From: Felis catus
Lineage: Eukaryota
Length of the DNA stretch: 64,000 nt
NCBI RefSeq assembly: GCF_018350175.1
Contig: NC_058369.1
Coordinates: 23,128,001-23,192,000, forward strand
Direction of reading: 5' to 3'
Part shown: one piece after another, positions 63,554 to 64,000 of the stretch
Position numbering within the stretch: position 1 is the first letter of the stretch
How the letters are laid out: each line of letters starts with the position of its first letter
The notes under the pieces: model-generated
The model's input: the letters and a program-made list of their open reading frames with translations, nothing else
Told to the model about the DNA's origin: nothing
Databases searched by the model: none
Made by a program: the position numbers and the translations under genes

Positions 63554-64000
63554 GTGAGTACAGCGGCTGTGCTCCTGCTTGATGCTAAGAGGGTTGCTAT
63601 CTCAGATACCCTCTGACTCAAGCCCTGGTGACCTTTCTTTATTTGTGTTAAGGATAGGGGATATATCATTTGTCCTCACTTTTAATCAAGAATAGATGAG
63701 AGGAATTCCAGCAGGTGTCATGTTACAGGATGCAACACTTTTCCCAAAGTTAAGTGAACAATGACCAGAGGAAGGAAAAACCCGGAGAGAATCGAATGAC
63801 CCCTCCCCGATTTATAGTGACCAGCCTTGTGTTGGTTTCCTTGGGCTGTGGTAACAGAGGGCCACAAACCGGTGGCTTATAACAATAGAAATTTATTCTC
63901 ATCATTCTGGATTCTAGAAGCCCCAAATCAAGGCGTCGCTAGGACAACGTTTCCTTGGAAGGCTCTAAAGGAAGATCCTTCCAGCGCCTGGATATTCCTT
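63554..64000 (+). other. CACNA2D3: Start of next CACNA2D3 intron
   Basis: Consensus donor GTGAGT at 63554. Confidence 0.9.
63828..64000 (-). mobile_element. MaLR LTR (MLT1B/C-like), truncated by window end
   Basis: tgtgttggtttccttgggctgtggtaaca...ggtggcttataacaatagaaatttattctc...aaatcaagg. Confidence 0.8.

Noticed and set aside
1..64000. Nested antisense gene LRTM1, known from a CACNA2D3 intron
   Set aside because: No leucine-rich-repeat coding sequence seen on the minus strand; as I recall it lies in a more 3' intron outside this window.

Overview
Mammalian (felid) genomic DNA, AT-rich and CpG-depleted, identified by 14 carnivore/felid tRNA-derived SINEs including two young SINEC_Fc-type copies. 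The window lies inside the + strand gene CACNA2D3 (voltage-gated calcium channel alpha2delta-3 subunit). Only 90 coding nt are present, both missed by the ORF track: an 18-nt microexon (44103-44120, LPQAQK) and a 72-nt exon (63482-63553, LADDQGLVLMTTVAMPVFSKQNET). The rest is intron filled with SINEs, MIR, L2, old and carnivore L1, MaLR/ERVL/MER34 solo LTRs, Tigger2 and hAT MITEs and microsatellites. The ORF track is essentially noise apart from decayed L1 ORF2 fragments. I found no evidence of a new gene family or a prokaryote-type system. The best leads concern RNA processing: (i) the microexon has a neuronal regulatory layout (RBFOX and NOVA-type motifs) and an internal in-frame acceptor that could give a 9-nt variant, probably in a loop next to the dCache ligand pocket; (ii) a candidate cryptic poison exon (58801-58917/58929) sits between complementary (CA)19 and (TG)21 repeats. 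Gene and repeat-family names come from my recall of the sequences, not from database searches, and boundaries of old repeats are approximate.
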